Below, in pieces: positions 17,755 to 25,529 of a DNA stretch of 58,602 nucleotides. Every line of letters begins with the position of its first letter. Position 1 is the stretch's first letter. The translations under genes were made by a program, and so were the position numbers. Source of the DNA: Robiginitomaculum sp. (lineage in GTDB: Bacteria; Pseudomonadota; Alphaproteobacteria; Caulobacterales; Maricaulaceae); assembly GCA_021776675.1 (NCBI GenBank), contig JAJFFM010000149.1:1-58602 (forward strand), in the 5' to 3' direction. The notes under the pieces are model-generated. The model had not been told where the DNA came from, ran no database searches, and saw only the letters and a program-made list of their open reading frames with translations.

Positions 17755-19326
17755 GTGTACGTTCAGGATAAATTTTCTCCCTATCTTGATCCGGATCCCA
17801 TAGCTGAATTCTTTGATGATATCGGTCAACGTAGTATGGTTACGGGGCTTTTCGCGCTCCTCATCCATGTGCTTATTTTTATGATTTTACAAACCAGATT
17901 AGACATCCCGCATGTTCCAGACGAGCCTGAACCAATCATTGTCGAAATCATCAGCTTCGAACCAGAAGCCGAGCCTGAACCTGAAATAGAGCCTGAAATA
18001 GAGCCAGAACCGGAGCCGGTAGTCCGAGCCGCCGTACCGCCGCCTGCCCAAGCACCCGTTCCGAAACCCAAGCCAAAACCCAAGCCAAAACCGAAACCTA
18101 CGCCGCCACCACCTGAACCAGAGCCAGAACCAATTCCTGAGCCTGAACCAATTCCAGAACCAGTTGTCGTTCCCCCTGCCCCGGAAATCATGAAAACGCC
18201 TGAACCGGAACCGGAGCTAGACGCCCCGCCCGACCCTGTACCTATCCCTGAACCCACACTGGATGTGTTCGACCCGGAATTGGTAAGCCAGACCGACCCT
18301 GAGCTCACGCCTGAACCTGTCCTCGACATTTCTGAACCAATCGTCGAAGCTACAGAACCAATCGCGCCTTTATTTGAGTCCGACATTCTGGAAACCGAGC
18401 TAGAGCCTGAAGACTTGCCGGAAATTGACGAGCTCCTAGAACTGGCACCTGCACCCGTCATCACCGAAGAACCGTTATCGGGTGTAGAAACACCAGAGCC
18501 CGAACCAGCGCCAGAATTACCCCCGCCGCCTGCACCACTATTTCAACAAGACATAATTGACACCCCGCAAACCCAGACCGAGCCAGAAATAGAATTACTG
18601 GACATACCGGACATCGAAATTGCTGCCATTCCGCCGACCATCCTTGCATCGCCTGATGCCCCGACAACACAAGATGAGGCCGAAAATTCTATCCCGCAGG
18701 AACAAGCCATCACACCGCTTGATTTCATTTTGAAAGACCGAGGTAATTCTGGCGTACCGGGTGACGATATAACTGGCTCCTCTAACCCATTCGCGGGTGA
18801 CATCGGCACCCCTTCTGGCGCGCCCGTGTTCACAGGCTCGACACCGCGCGCGGCGCCGGGTGCCGGTGGATGGCAAATAAACGGCACATGGCCTGCTGAT
18901 GGTTTGCCGGGTGGTAAGGGTATAATTCGCGATATAGACTGTCGGGGCGAAAAACGTGACCATGAAGAATGTCCTGAATATGTACGCGGCAATACGGGGC
19001 GCGGTGCAGACGGGTTCGAAGCTTTCGGCCCACACACGCCGCTCGGCACCAGCACGGTTAAGAGATCACGAGGCATGGCCCCTAATTTAGCTATTACACC
19101 AGGCTTTGGCGATCCAGGTTCTCCTTCGGGAAATGTACTCGGCGATGCGGGTGGTTTCCAAGGCCAATTCTTCGGCGATAATGTTGGCCCGCGCGACCAA
19201 GGCCGCCGCATTCGGGATGTTTTTAGTGCGCCTGATACTGCCCCGTGGACAACGCAAACCGTCTTACCACCTCCGCCAGACGAAGACGACGAGGATGAAT
19301 TGATTATTTTGAAAAAACCGGAATAA
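17755..19326 (+). CDS. Membrane-anchored proline/glutamate-rich protein (TonB-like N-terminus, non-TonB Gly-rich C-terminus)
   Basis: 523 aa with a GTG start and one N-terminal TM helix (GLFALLIHVLIFMIL). A long (EP)n/(KP)n tract follows (EPEPEIEPEIEPEPEP...PKPKPKPKPKPKP). The C-terminal 200 aa are G/P-rich and lack the TonB C-terminal domain pattern. Confidence 0.6.
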   Translation: MYVQDKFSPYLDPDPIAEFFDDIGQRSMVTGLFALLIHVLIFMILQTRLDIPHVPDEPEPIIVEIISFEPEAEPEPEIEPEIEPEPEPVVRAAVPPPAQAPVPKPKPKPKPKPKPTPPPPEPEPEPIPEPEPIPEPVVVPPAPEIMKTPEPEPELDAPPDPVPIPEPTLDVFDPELVSQTDPELTPEPVLDISEPIVEATEPIAPLFESDILETELEPEDLPEIDELLELAPAPVITEEPLSGVETPEPEPAPELPPPPAPLFQQDIIDTPQTQTEPEIELLDIPDIEIAAIPPTILASPDAPTTQDEAENSIPQEQAITPLDFILKDRGNSGVPGDDITGSSNPFAGDIGTPSGAPVFTGSTPRAAPGAGGWQINGTWPADGLPGGKGIIRDIDCRGEKRDHEECPEYVRGNTGRGADGFEAFGPHTPLGTSTVKRSRGMAPNLAITPGFGDPGSPSGNVLGDAGGFQGQFFGDNVGPRDQGRRIRDVFSAPDTAPWTTQTVLPPPPDEDDEDELIILKKPE

Positions 19327-19346
19327 CAGCTTTGGAAATAGTGGGG

Positions 19347-19655
19347 CTACCTAAGTCTAAGCACGAGATAAAGGGTAGCATCCTCAACAATATTATACGC
19401 ACTCAATGTTTTGATATCTTCCAATTGCTTCCCAGAGAAAATCAACCGTTGTATGTCTACGGGAATGCCTTCTTTGTTCAAAATAGCTTCTTTTATATCC
19501 AATATTTTTGCTGAGGGCTTAAGATCAATTTTAATGTTTTTCCCCGTCAGTGTCTTAACCGTGATACGGATTGTGTCCTCTGCCAAAGCGGGGGCTGGAA
19601 TCAAAGCCGTGCTAGCCACTGCTACAAACAAACTCAAAAAATAACGTCTTTGCAT
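19347..19655 (-). CDS. Exported ubiquitin homologue: twin-arginine signal peptide plus a ubiquitin beta-grasp domain ending LVLRLR, with no Gly-Gly
   Basis: I chose the ATG at 19655, which is preceded by GGAGG at 7 nt, over the ORF-track start at 19688. The signal is [25 protein letters not shown] (an RRxFL Tat motif and an AxA cleavage site). The mature part [74 protein letters not shown] aligns without gaps to ubiquitin residues 1-74, with 45/74 identities by hand count. Confidence 0.85.
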   Translation of the reverse strand: MQRRYFLSLFVAVASTALIPAPALAEDTIRITVKTLTGKNIKIDLKPSAKILDIKEAILNKEGIPVDIQRLIFSGKQLEDIKTLSAYNIVEDATLYLVLRLR

Positions 19656-19710
19656 AAATACCTCCAAACAATCCTCGACCCGTAACAATATTTCCTGTTA
19701 AAAGAAACCT

Positions 19711-21243
19711 ATGAATGTGTTTTGCTTATATATATCAACGTTTCGCGTATTCAATTGGGATGATTTTACTTCGTCTGCACTCGGGGTATTTGCTTTTTTG
19801 TTTTGTGCGGTACTAGGCACTGTAGTCATTACGTCCTTGGCATTTTTTGTGGTTGATATTAGCCAGACCAAAGATTCGGTACGGCGAAATTTTCCTGTAC
19901 TTGGGCGGTTTCGCGGATTATTTTCTCACTTGGGGGAATTTTTCCGCCAGTATTTTTTCGCTCAAGACCGCGAAGAAATGCCGTTTAATCGGGCGGAACG
20001 GGACTGGATTTACACGGTGAGTAAAACCGGAAGCGAAACAGTACCCTTTGGTTCGACCCGTAATTTAACGCAAGGCGCAGTAATTTTTGCTAATGGTATG
20101 TTCCCCAAAATGGAAGGCGAGCACGAGCTTCATGTCCCCAAACTCATCGGAGCGGACGCAGAGCATCCTTATCAACCGGGAAGCTTTTTCAATATCTCAG
20201 CAATGAGCTACGGCTCTTTATCCAAACCGGCCATACAGGCTTTGTCCTACGGAGCGGCTATGGGCGAGTGTTGGCTCAATACGGGTGAAGGCGGGGTATC
20301 ACCCTATCATTTGGAAGGCGGTTGCGACCTAGTCTACCAATTGGGTACGGCAAAATTCGGCGCCTGCAATGCGGACGGCACCCTAAATGCAGATAAATTA
20401 CGCGAGATATGTACAAACCCCAATATAAAAATGATTGAGCTAAAGCTCAGCCAAGGTGCCAAGCCGGGTAAAGGCGGGATTTTGCCGGCCGCAAAAGTTA
20501 CCGCAGAAATCGCTAAAATACGCGGCATCCCGGAGGGCGAAGCCGCCATATCCCCGAACAGACATGTGGAGGCAGCAGACGCAGAAGAATTGCTCGATTT
20601 AATCGCAAGTGTCCGCAAAATATCCGGACGACCTACGGGCATTAAAATGGTCATTGGCGATCTATCCAAACTCGACGAGTTTATTGCGGCCATAACGAAG
20701 CGCGGCGCGCAAAGCGCACCGGATTTCGTTACTTTGGACGGCGGCGACGGCGGCACGGGCGCAGCCCCGATGCCGCTGATTGACAATATGGGCCTGACCA
20801 TTCGCGAGAGCTTGCCTGCGACTGTAGACGCCTTAGTCGCGGCAGGACTGAGAGAGCGTATCCGCATCATTGCCACGGGTAAGCTTATCACGCCTGCCGA
20901 GGTTGCATGGGCATTTTGCGCAGGTGCTGATTTTGTCTCTTCGGCGCGCGGCTTCATGTTCGCTCTTGGCTGTATCCAAGCTATGAAATGCAACACCAAT
21001 ACTTGCCCCACAGGGATCACCACTCATAACCAACGACTACAACGCGGGCTCAACCCTGAGAACAAAGCCGAACGGGTGCGAAAATTCATCAAAACCATGT
21101 GCTATGAAGTCAGCATGATTGCCCATTCGTGTGGTGTTGACCATCCGAACCAACTCACCCGCGACCACGCGCTGATTGTAAATGCATCCGGACGTTCACA
21201 ACCGCTCACGGCGATTTGGCCCAATATTGAGACGCCTAAATGA
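19711..21243 (+). CDS. FMN-binding glutamate synthase family protein (GltB domain-2-like, membrane-anchored)
   Basis: 510 aa with an N-terminal TM segment. It contains RRNFPVLGRFRGLFSHLGEFFRQYFFA.DREEMPFNRAERDWIY, LKLSQGAKPGKGGILP and DFVTLDGGDGGTGAAP, the characteristic motifs of this family. Confidence 0.85.
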   Translation: MNVFCLYISTFRVFNWDDFTSSALGVFAFLFCAVLGTVVITSLAFFVVDISQTKDSVRRNFPVLGRFRGLFSHLGEFFRQYFFAQDREEMPFNRAERDWIYTVSKTGSETVPFGSTRNLTQGAVIFANGMFPKMEGEHELHVPKLIGADAEHPYQPGSFFNISAMSYGSLSKPAIQALSYGAAMGECWLNTGEGGVSPYHLEGGCDLVYQLGTAKFGACNADGTLNADKLREICTNPNIKMIELKLSQGAKPGKGGILPAAKVTAEIAKIRGIPEGEAAISPNRHVEAADAEELLDLIASVRKISGRPTGIKMVIGDLSKLDEFIAAITKRGAQSAPDFVTLDGGDGGTGAAPMPLIDNMGLTIRESLPATVDALVAAGLRERIRIIATGKLITPAEVAWAFCAGADFVSSARGFMFALGCIQAMKCNTNTCPTGITTHNQRLQRGLNPENKAERVRKFIKTMCYEVSMIAHSCGVDHPNQLTRDHALIVNASGRSQPLTAIWPNIETPK

Positions 21244-22085
21244 AAAAACCAGTTGTTGAGAATATAGATGACTTATCCACGGATATTGCGGGCACAACCG
21301 GCTTTTTAAAAGTCGAGAGGGATGTAGACCCCGCGCAGGTTGAATCCGACTGGCAGCATCTTCAAAAGCACGGTTTTGTCATGATGAAGAACCTGATTTC
21401 CCATGCCGAGGTCGAACAAGTGAAAGCCGCTCTTACGCCCCTGTTTGACAAGGTTGGCCGCAATGAGTTCGAAGGGGAGCTTACACAGCGCATATATTCG
21501 ACTATGGCCAAAACTCGCGCCGTAGATTGGCTGGCTACGCATCCGCGTATTCTGGCCCTGCTCGACAAAATGTTCATGCCGAATTACCGGTTATCGCAAT
21601 TGCTCGGCATCAATATATTACCGGGCGAAAGTGCACAATTCATTCATCCTGATGACGGGTTTTATCCCGTACCCCGTCCGCGCCCACCGCTCGGCGCAGC
21701 CAGTATATTCGCGCTGGATGATTTTACCGAGAAAAACGGCGCCACCAGATTGATACCAAAAAGCCATCTCTGGGGGATGCGCAAACCCACCAAAAACGAC
21801 AAGGTTATCTCCGCGGTTATGCCCAAAGGCAGCGCTGTATTTTACGGCGGTACATTCTGGCACGGCGGCGGCGCGAATGTTTCGGACGCCCCGCGTATGG
21901 CTCTAACCGCACAATACTGTGAACCGTGGCTCAGGCAGCAAGAAAACCTGATGATGGCCATCCCCAAGGAGATTGTGCACAAATTAGACCCACAACTACA
22001 ATCTCTGATCGGCTACTCCATCCTGCCCCCATATATAGGTATGGTGAACGGTGTACACCCATTACGGATGTTGGACGAAGAGTGA
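21240..22085 (+). CDS. Phytanoyl-CoA dioxygenase (PhyH) family Fe(II)/2-oxoglutarate oxygenase
   Basis: 281 aa. It shows HPDDGFYP (HxD), ...GSAVFYGGTFWHGGGAN (distal His) and the overall PhyH pattern. The start overlaps the upstream stop (ATGA). Confidence 0.85.
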   Translation: MKKPVVENIDDLSTDIAGTTGFLKVERDVDPAQVESDWQHLQKHGFVMMKNLISHAEVEQVKAALTPLFDKVGRNEFEGELTQRIYSTMAKTRAVDWLATHPRILALLDKMFMPNYRLSQLLGINILPGESAQFIHPDDGFYPVPRPRPPLGAASIFALDDFTEKNGATRLIPKSHLWGMRKPTKNDKVISAVMPKGSAVFYGGTFWHGGGANVSDAPRMALTAQYCEPWLRQQENLMMAIPKEIVHKLDPQLQSLIGYSILPPYIGMVNGVHPLRMLDEE

Positions 22086-22089
22086 GCTT

Positions 22090-22431
22090 ATGAAATTATT
22101 GGTAATAAAACTTATAACTTATCCGCTTGTCTATTTTTCTATCTGCTTCATTTTAGCAAGTGGTTTCGGATCCGCATTTTCCGGAATGTTTGACCCTGTG
22201 CCTGAAGACTATTTATCCTATGGAAACTATTTTGATGGTTTCATAATTGGTTTAGCTATGGGCGCAACGATTGGGTTTTTTTTATACGGAATTGTTTTTG
22301 GCATTTCAGCCTTCATTTACTCTTTGATGCCTCAAAAGTTTAGTTCAATTCTAAAATTTATTTTCTTGGGTTTTACAATAATCTTTGGCTATTTGTCAGG
22401 TTCAATTTTTGCAACAGGTTTGGCGATTTAA
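22090..22431 (+). CDS. Small integral membrane protein (3-4 TM), hypothetical
   Basis: The internal ATG at 22090 gives MKLLVIKLITYPLVYFSICFILASGFG.... The product is strongly hydrophobic and AT-rich. The gene begins 4 nt after the PhyH stop. Confidence 0.5.
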   Translation: MKLLVIKLITYPLVYFSICFILASGFGSAFSGMFDPVPEDYLSYGNYFDGFIIGLAMGATIGFFLYGIVFGISAFIYSLMPQKFSSILKFIFLGFTIIFGYLSGSIFATGLAI

Positions 22432-22522
22432 ATTCTTACCCACTCTGTATGCTTCTAGTTTATCCTCGACTGTACGACATTACCCTCAGCTTGGTTTTCC
22501 CACTAACAAAAGAATGCAAGTA

Positions 22523-24430
22523 TTATCCCGCTTTGACTTTGGCAACCCATTGATCAACTCGGCGTTCAAGCACGGAGAGCGGCATAGCACCACCTCCAAG
22601 AACCGTGTTGTGGAATTCACGGATATCGAATTTATCGCCCAATTCTTTTTCGGCGTCCCGACGTAGCTCTTGTATTTTCAGCATACCGATTTTATATCCT
22701 GTTGCCTGTCCTGGCCATGTCATATAACGGCGGACTTCCGCACGAGCTTGCCCTTCGGTAATTGCTGAGTTTTGTTTGAAATACGCGATGGCGTCTTCTT
22801 CGCTCCACCCTTTTGAATGCAAGCCAGTATCAACAACAAGACGAATAGCGCGCCAAATTTCAGACCCTAATCTGCCAAATTCTGAATATGGATTTTCATA
22901 CGTGCCGTTGAACTCAGTCGCCAGCCATTCAGTATACAAAGCCCACCCTTCGGAATATGCATTAAAGCCTGCTTGTGTGCGAAATGTTGGTACGCCGGTT
23001 AATTCTTGAGCAATCGAAATTTGCATATGATGCCCCGGCAGACCTTCGTGGTATGCAATCACTTCAAGTTCCCGCTTCGGCATGGCTTTCATATCTGATA
23101 AATGTGCATAATACACACCGGGACGTGATCCATCTGGCGTTCCTGAATTATAATGCTGGGGCGCACCATCTTGTTCGCGAAACGCCTCAACTCGTTTCAC
23201 TTCAAGGTCAGCTTTGGGCAGAATACCGAAAAAACTTGGCAGTTCTTTTTTAATGCGGTCAAGCGCAGAGGTCGAATCGTCGATATAGGCTTGGCGGCCC
23301 GCATCCGTATTGGGGTAATAATAGCGTGGATCGTCTTTATTGTCTCGAAGCTCGGTGAAAAAGGCTTGCAAATCTCCTTCAAAGCCAACCTGCTCTTTGA
23401 CTTTGATCATTTCGGCGCGCAGACGAGCAACCTCATCCAGACCAATTTTGTGAATTTGCTCAGACGTCAAATCCGTTGTTGTATTATTTGCAAGTCTCTC
23501 ATTGTAATAGGCTTCGCCGTTTGGAAGAGCACCAACACCCGTTCCCAGTTCGGGCGTATTTTTAACATCTTCTTTCTGCCATGCTATCAGGTTTTCATAA
23601 GCCGGCTTCCAGTCGTCGATCAGTGCTGTTCGCGCCGCCATCTTCAAGCTATCCGCTTTGGTAGTATCGATTTCGTCCTTGCTCAGGAGAGCATCAATTT
23701 TACTCTGCGCATCTGCCCAAATCGCGCTATCTTTTCCCTCGTCGAAGGGCGCACCTGTGATAATTTTTTGTGCTGAGTCTATTACAGACACGAATGAAAA
23801 ACGTGGTGGACGGACACCCGTTTCTGCATTGGTTTTTGAGAGCACAATTAACTGATTAATCACTCTGCCTGTCTCGGAAAGACGGCTGATATAGGCTTCC
23901 ATGTCCGACACATTATCAACTTTGTGGACGGCGATTAATATCCTTGGGAATTGGGTATGCACGGCACCCATTTGCTCAAATATATATCCGTTATTTCTAA
24001 ATTTATCAGCATTGACGGCAGTTTGATATTGATATTCCCATATATCCCAGGAAATTTTCGCATCAGATGTCAATTTATCATAATCGAAATTTGTCTTCAT
24101 CGCATCGACGGTCGCCTTTCGCCATGCCATTTGCTTGTCAGACGCTTCTTGAGAAACATCATCCATTGCAGCGTAATTCGTCTTTCGGCCAAGGAAGGTT
24201 TGCTGCAAGGGACTGAAAGCAACTTCTTCTTCAAACTTTTCTTCAAACCATACGTTCAGACGTGCGGTTTCTGCCGTAATTTCATCTACAGAATAACGTG
24301 CGGCTGGGGCTTCTTTCGACGCTGGCGTCGATGTCGAGGGGGAACAAGCGGCCATTGCGCTGGATGCTAAAAGTGTAATTAAAAGATGGCCGGTTGTTTT
24401 ATTAAAGTTAAATTTAGGTGCTATACTCAT
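22523..24430 (-). CDS. DUF885 family protein with signal/lipoprotein-type N-terminus (paralogue 1 of 3)
   Basis: 635 aa with the signal ...LLASSAMAACS. It carries the DUF885 hallmark EVIAYHEGLPGHHMQ and YSEGWALYTE...W.A.RLVVDTGLH. Confidence 0.85.
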   Translation of the reverse strand: MSIAPKFNFNKTTGHLLITLLASSAMAACSPSTSTPASKEAPAARYSVDEITAETARLNVWFEEKFEEEVAFSPLQQTFLGRKTNYAAMDDVSQEASDKQMAWRKATVDAMKTNFDYDKLTSDAKISWDIWEYQYQTAVNADKFRNNGYIFEQMGAVHTQFPRILIAVHKVDNVSDMEAYISRLSETGRVINQLIVLSKTNAETGVRPPRFSFVSVIDSAQKIITGAPFDEGKDSAIWADAQSKIDALLSKDEIDTTKADSLKMAARTALIDDWKPAYENLIAWQKEDVKNTPELGTGVGALPNGEAYYNERLANNTTTDLTSEQIHKIGLDEVARLRAEMIKVKEQVGFEGDLQAFFTELRDNKDDPRYYYPNTDAGRQAYIDDSTSALDRIKKELPSFFGILPKADLEVKRVEAFREQDGAPQHYNSGTPDGSRPGVYYAHLSDMKAMPKRELEVIAYHEGLPGHHMQISIAQELTGVPTFRTQAGFNAYSEGWALYTEWLATEFNGTYENPYSEFGRLGSEIWRAIRLVVDTGLHSKGWSEEDAIAYFKQNSAITEGQARAEVRRYMTWPGQATGYKIGMLKIQELRRDAEKELGDKFDIREFHNTVLGGGAMPLSVLERRVDQWVAKVKAG

Positions 24431-24566
24431 GATGATAATTCCCCGTGATTGTTTTGCGGCTGAAAGTCGGGCAAAATCGGCGCAAAGTCAAGCGAGATGA
24501 AGTTTGAAATATGATCATTAGAAAACTTAAGAAGACTTGAGCGGACTTAAGATGGATTGGGCGCGC

Positions 24567-24812
24567 CTAATTCTTGCGCGCCTGAACTACATTGCCCTCT
24601 ATGTGGGTCTCCCCGAGCATTTTTAGAGCCTCGACCCGGTACATACCCTCGACCAGCACATAGCGGTCTTTACCGACACGGACATAAATCGGCGTTTGTT
24701 GGCCGTTCTCTAATATGTCTTCGGCGAGCGCTTCGACTTTTTCTGCATCAAGATCTTTGCGTTTGCCAGCTGGGACATAAATTTTTTCAATAGGGACATC
24801 TATAATTCTCAT
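24567..24812 (-). CDS. Small standalone ParB/Srx-fold N-terminal-domain-like protein
   Basis: 81 aa. IPIEKIYVP...QQTPIYVRVGKDRYVLVEGMYRVEALKMLG resembles the ParB N-terminal domain core (..lvdGhHRleAak.lG) with the HH degenerated to MY. Confidence 0.5.
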   Translation of the reverse strand: MRIIDVPIEKIYVPAGKRKDLDAEKVEALAEDILENGQQTPIYVRVGKDRYVLVEGMYRVEALKMLGETHIEGNVVQARKN

Positions 24813-24869
24813 ACGGTTAGTTTAAGGTATTTCTTGACCCACGCCAAGAGGAAGATTTACAGTGCGGAT

Positions 24870-25529
24870 ATGAGAAATTACAGTATCCAGCCATCGCCGA
24901 TTATCAGTTTACCAATAACCGGAAGCAATGACCGCTTTCCTGTTCGCCGTATATATTGTGTTGGCCGCAATTACGCAGACCATGTGCGCGAGATGGGCGG
25001 GGATCCGAACCGTTCGACACCTATATTTTTTACAAAATCGCGCGAGACAATTGTTGGGTCCCGTGAGACCATCCCCTACCCGCCCCTCACAGAAAACCTG
25101 CATTTTGAAATAGAATTAGTTGTAGCCATGGCAGGGAAGACAGAAATTTTCGGCTACGGCGTGGGGCTTGATATGACAAGACGCGACATACAGGCGGTGG
25201 CCAAAAAGGGTGGCAAACCTTGGGACATGGCCAAGAACTTTGACGATAGTGCGCCTTGCTCGGCGATTATGAAAGCGAGTGAGGCACCTGATATTTCTGC
25301 GGCTGAAATTATGCTGACTAACAACGGGTCGGTTAAACAAATATCGACCTTGAACAAAATGATTTGGAGCGTCGACGAAATCATTTCCCATCTAAATGAA
25401 ACTGTGACCTTGGCAGCAGGTGATTTAATATACACAGGCACCCCCGAAGGAGTTGGCGCGGTAATTGCAGGCGAGACACTCGTCGGAACTATCGAAGGCC
25501 TGCCAGAAGTGAAAGTGTCTTATGACTGA
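24870..25529 (+). CDS. Fumarylacetoacetate hydrolase family protein (fumarylpyruvate/fumarylacetoacetate hydrolase-like)
   Basis: FPVRRIYCVGRNYADHVREMG, FFTKS, ELVVAMG, PWDMAKNFD and GDLIYTGTPEGVG are FAH-family motifs. I preferred the ATG at 24870 over the TTG at 24834, based on the usual 20-22 aa N-terminal length before FPVRR. Confidence 0.85.
   Translation: MRNYSIQPSPIISLPITGSNDRFPVRRIYCVGRNYADHVREMGGDPNRSTPIFFTKSRETIVGSRETIPYPPLTENLHFEIELVVAMAGKTEIFGYGVGLDMTRRDIQAVAKKGGKPWDMAKNFDDSAPCSAIMKASEAPDISAAEIMLTNNGSVKQISTLNKMIWSVDEIISHLNETVTLAAGDLIYTGTPEGVGAVIAGETLVGTIEGLPEVKVSYD

Noticed and set aside
17826-18464. 212-aa minus-strand ORF (Gly/Ser-rich) and other long antisense ORFs at 18543-19211
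   Set aside because: These are mirror images of the (EP)n/(KP)n low-complexity coding repeats of the 523-aa plus-strand gene. Such antisense ORFs arise automatically in repetitive GC-biased codon runs.
17755-19326. Calling the Pro-rich protein TonB
   Set aside because: The C-terminal about 200 aa lack the conserved TonB C-terminal domain pattern, and no exbBD genes are adjacent. It is annotated only as TonB-like in architecture.
19656-19688. Longer start (ATG at 19688) for the ubiquitin-like gene
   Set aside because: It would add [11 protein letters not shown] ahead of the Tat motif and has no SD. The ATG at 19655 has GGAGG at optimal spacing and yields a canonical signal-peptide n-region.
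17755-22431. Search for ubiquitin-conjugation or deconjugation partners (E1/ThiF, E2/UBC, JAB/DUB, RING/HECT-like) around the ubiquitin homologue
   Set aside because: None of the neighbouring products shows such motifs, and none elsewhere in the window does either. The gene is therefore not presented as part of a Bil/Bub-type bacterial conjugation operon.
24834-25529. FAH plus maiA as a complete gentisate or homogentisate pathway
   Set aside because: No ring-cleaving dioxygenase gene is present in the window. Only the lower-pathway hydrolase and isomerase are seen, so no pathway-level claim is made.
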